Part shown: positions 37,366-39,670 of the stretch, piece by piece
How positions within the stretch are numbered: position 1 is the first letter of the stretch
Layout of the letters: every line of letters starts with the position of its first letter
Program-made: the position numbers and the translations under genes
Notes under the pieces: model-generated
What the model was told of the DNA's origin: nothing
Database searches by the model: none
What the model saw: only the letters and a program-made list of their open reading frames with translations
IMG/VR virus record: IMGVR_UViG_649989947_000012
Location: 1 to 39,670 of that record
Length of the DNA: 39,670 bases
Origin: a virus
Lineage: Duplodnaviria > Heunggongvirae > Uroviricota > Caudoviricetes
Direction: 5' to 3' (one strand)

Positions 37366-38955
37366 TTACTTAATAAGCAGTGGTACGCCCTGGATACGAC
37401 GGGCTACGCCAGTCGGGCAGCAGGCCCAGACTACTTCCCATTTATCGAATTCCGCCTGCGTAACTTTCAGCACATACGGTTCTGTACCGTCAGCATCGGG
37501 ATCACGAGGAGCCACCAGAGCGCCGGAGGCGACAAAGCGATCTAAAAGTTTGGTCATCCCTTTAGTCAGGCCAGCCGCAGTAATACCGTCCGGGCTATGC
37601 TTCATCTGTCGGGCTAACTGGACAAAGAAACGACTGATTGCATTCATCAGGGATGGGACGTGCTGGAAGTGCAGATAGTTATCCTGCGTGCAGCAAGTTA
37701 AAGCATCGTCGATGATCATCTGGCCAGAGGTGCCAACAGATACTTTATTGAGACGGCCCTTGACCATTGCTTCTTCGTCCGGGGTATCTTCCGGATACAG
37801 CGGTTGAATTGACGCACGAGCAATGACGGCACGTTCTTCACCAGCCGGTGAGTAATGCCAACCGCCGACATCAGAGTTTTTCTTGACGCCACGAGCTTTC
37901 GCCGCATACGCCGCGCCAGACAGACCGAAGACCACACGGGATTGGGTCCATTTGTCTTTGCAGGAGAACGGGTAGTGATAGACAGAACAGCTTACATAAT
38001 CGGTACCAAGTAAACCGGTACCCTCAACAGCTGTTAGTGCTTCTGCGTACCTTAATGTCGGTTTGACATCAAAGAAGCCATCAATCAGGCGATCTGCACA
38101 GATTTTACCTAATGCGGTGATAGCCGCATTGTCATAGCAGCCCAGGCCAAGAACAGCGGTGTACATGTACGGCGCATTATTCAGCACTTTAACCGCACGC
38201 AGGTAAGCAGCGGTTGAGATTTTCGACTGATCGCCATTGGTACCGCCAGTGAATGCCACCGATTTTTTATTTGTTACTTTCGCTGTAGAAATCAGCTCTT
38301 CATTAACAACCGCACGCAGATATTTAGAACGGGCTTCCAGAGCCGTAGGCAGATAACACAAGCGGCCCATGTCATCTTTCGCTTCTTCCGCCAAAGACAC
38401 AGTGTGTGTCTCCAGGGTCGTTACCACACCGAGCGAAGTCGTCTGGGTCAGTTTTAAGAGGAAGCGTTCATTACCCGCGCTGTCCGCTGTTGCCGTTTCG
38501 ATGGTTAACTCACGGGTAGGTGAAATACACGGATCACCATCATCAACGTAGATAGCAAAGGCTTCGCCGCTATCAAGTTCAATTTCAGAACCGTATGGCA
38601 ACGCACTGTTAGCCGGTTCGCCTGATTCATCGAACATAATAATCGGGAACTTCGCATCATCCGGAACAGCACGGACAACATAACCAGACGTTTGCTGAAT
38701 AGCTTCGTACACATGGCGAATTGGTTCAAACTGTGAGCCGGAAGACGGCTTCAGCGGTTCGCCAAGAACATCTTCGTAATTGGACTCAGTAACCGCAAGA
38801 ACAGTAAACGGCTTGCCACGCGCAAATACGCCAATACCAGCCCACAAGCTGCTATTTAATGCAACACCGGTAGATAACGTCGCATCGGCATTGATCGGGC
38901 TAACCGCGACGCCGGATGCATTACCTAATGACTGTTGAATTGAATATTGAGACAT
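37366..38955 (-). CDS. large virion structural protein, possibly contractile tail sheath (529 aa)
   Basis: Size about 57 kDa and position; no diagnostic motif. Confidence 0.35.
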   Translation of the reverse strand: MSQYSIQQSLGNASGVAVSPINADATLSTGVALNSSLWAGIGVFARGKPFTVLAVTESNYEDVLGEPLKPSSGSQFEPIRHVYEAIQQTSGYVVRAVPDDAKFPIIMFDESGEPANSALPYGSEIELDSGEAFAIYVDDGDPCISPTRELTIETATADSAGNERFLLKLTQTTSLGVVTTLETHTVSLAEEAKDDMGRLCYLPTALEARSKYLRAVVNEELISTAKVTNKKSVAFTGGTNGDQSKISTAAYLRAVKVLNNAPYMYTAVLGLGCYDNAAITALGKICADRLIDGFFDVKPTLRYAEALTAVEGTGLLGTDYVSCSVYHYPFSCKDKWTQSRVVFGLSGAAYAAKARGVKKNSDVGGWHYSPAGEERAVIARASIQPLYPEDTPDEEAMVKGRLNKVSVGTSGQMIIDDALTCCTQDNYLHFQHVPSLMNAISRFFVQLARQMKHSPDGITAAGLTKGMTKLLDRFVASGALVAPRDPDADGTEPYVLKVTQAEFDKWEVVWACCPTGVARRIQGVPLLIK

Positions 38956-39015
38956 AACTTTCCCTGTTATGCGCCCCGCGCGGGGGCGCTATGTTAAACG
39001 GAGAGCTTCCCCTGA

Positions 39016-39670
39016 TTACTCAGAGTCACCAGCATCAATCGTGTTACCGGTCAGGAAGTTAATTCCGCCATTTTTTGCCATAGTCAGAGTTACACGGGTG
39101 AAGTAGTCAGCACCGTTGCGTGGATGCATATCGTTGATAGCCGAACCCCACAGAGTGGTTCGGTTGACTAGTGCCGGGGTGGTCGGATGCTGGAATGGGA
39201 CAGCCGGGACTGCATCACCAGTTACGAAGCCCGCTTTGCCCGGATTTTCATCACGGACGTAGCACAGCACATCCATTGGGCTGAACTGGATACCGTCGGC
39301 GGTCAGGTTCGTACAAATACCTTCTGGTACTTCGAACACTTTGACGTTGCCGAACAGAGTGCCAATGTAGTGGACGTATGGGGTCTGGATGTAATCTTCT
39401 GCTGGCTGGAAGAAATCCTTCGGCAATTGTTTGAAGAAAGATGCCGCATCAGCACCGGCATACATCCCCATCGCACCAGAAGATTTAACACGCTCAATAA
39501 TACCGCGATATACCGTCTGGAATTTGCCTCGAATGATGGTTGCCCACACATCAAAGGTCTGGTTAGCTGGTAGTGCAATATCAAAGGAGTCGGTCGCAAG
39601 AGTTCGCCAAATCATGATACGAAGACGAAGCATATCTTGCTCATGGGACAGGTATTCCTTCAGGGTGCGG
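39016..39670 (-). CDS. structural protein, C-terminal part (gene continues past the window end)
   Basis: Reading frame stays open from 39633 to the window edge. Confidence 0.4.
   Translation of the reverse strand, partial: RTLKEYLSHEQDMLRLRIMIWRTLATDSFDIALPANQTFDVWATIIRGKFQTVYRGIIERVKSSGAMGMYAGADAASFFKQLPKDFFQPAEDYIQTPYVHYIGTLFGNVKVFEVPEGICTNLTADGIQFSPMDVLCYVRDENPGKAGFVTGDAVPAVPFQHPTTPALVNRTTLWGSAINDMHPRNGADYFTRVTLTMAKNGGINFLTGNTIDAGDSE

Overview
This window reads as a segment of a P1-like phage-plasmid (recognised from memory and motifs, not from a database search), carrying three unrelated insertion sequences. Left to right: an IS4 copy with a frame-broken transposase; a SAR-type endolysin (lyz) and ssb; an AT-rich cargo slot holding a dGTPase-family HD-domain gene and a small membrane-protein gene split by an IS10-derived composite element with 9-bp target duplications; a minus-strand Dar-like antirestriction operon with holin-like genes; a Cin/Gin-family invertase cut off from its start codon by IS100; an invertible tail-fibre segment with two cix-like sites; baseplate genes, a transglycosylase-bearing tape measure (Sit-like) and a Sim-like exclusion gene; the immunity-I region (icd, ant), kilA and repL behind C1-operator-like 17-mers; a hok/mok-like toxin locus; and virion structural genes running off the right edge. 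The most interesting candidates are the dGTPase cargo gene (a possible nucleotide-depletion defence), a motif shared between the Sim-like protein and the tape measure, and the IS100-disrupted tail-fibre switch. Hand-derived coordinates (IS ends, duplications, sites) may be off by 1-2 nt because my manual indexing disagreed with the ORF track by one base in places.
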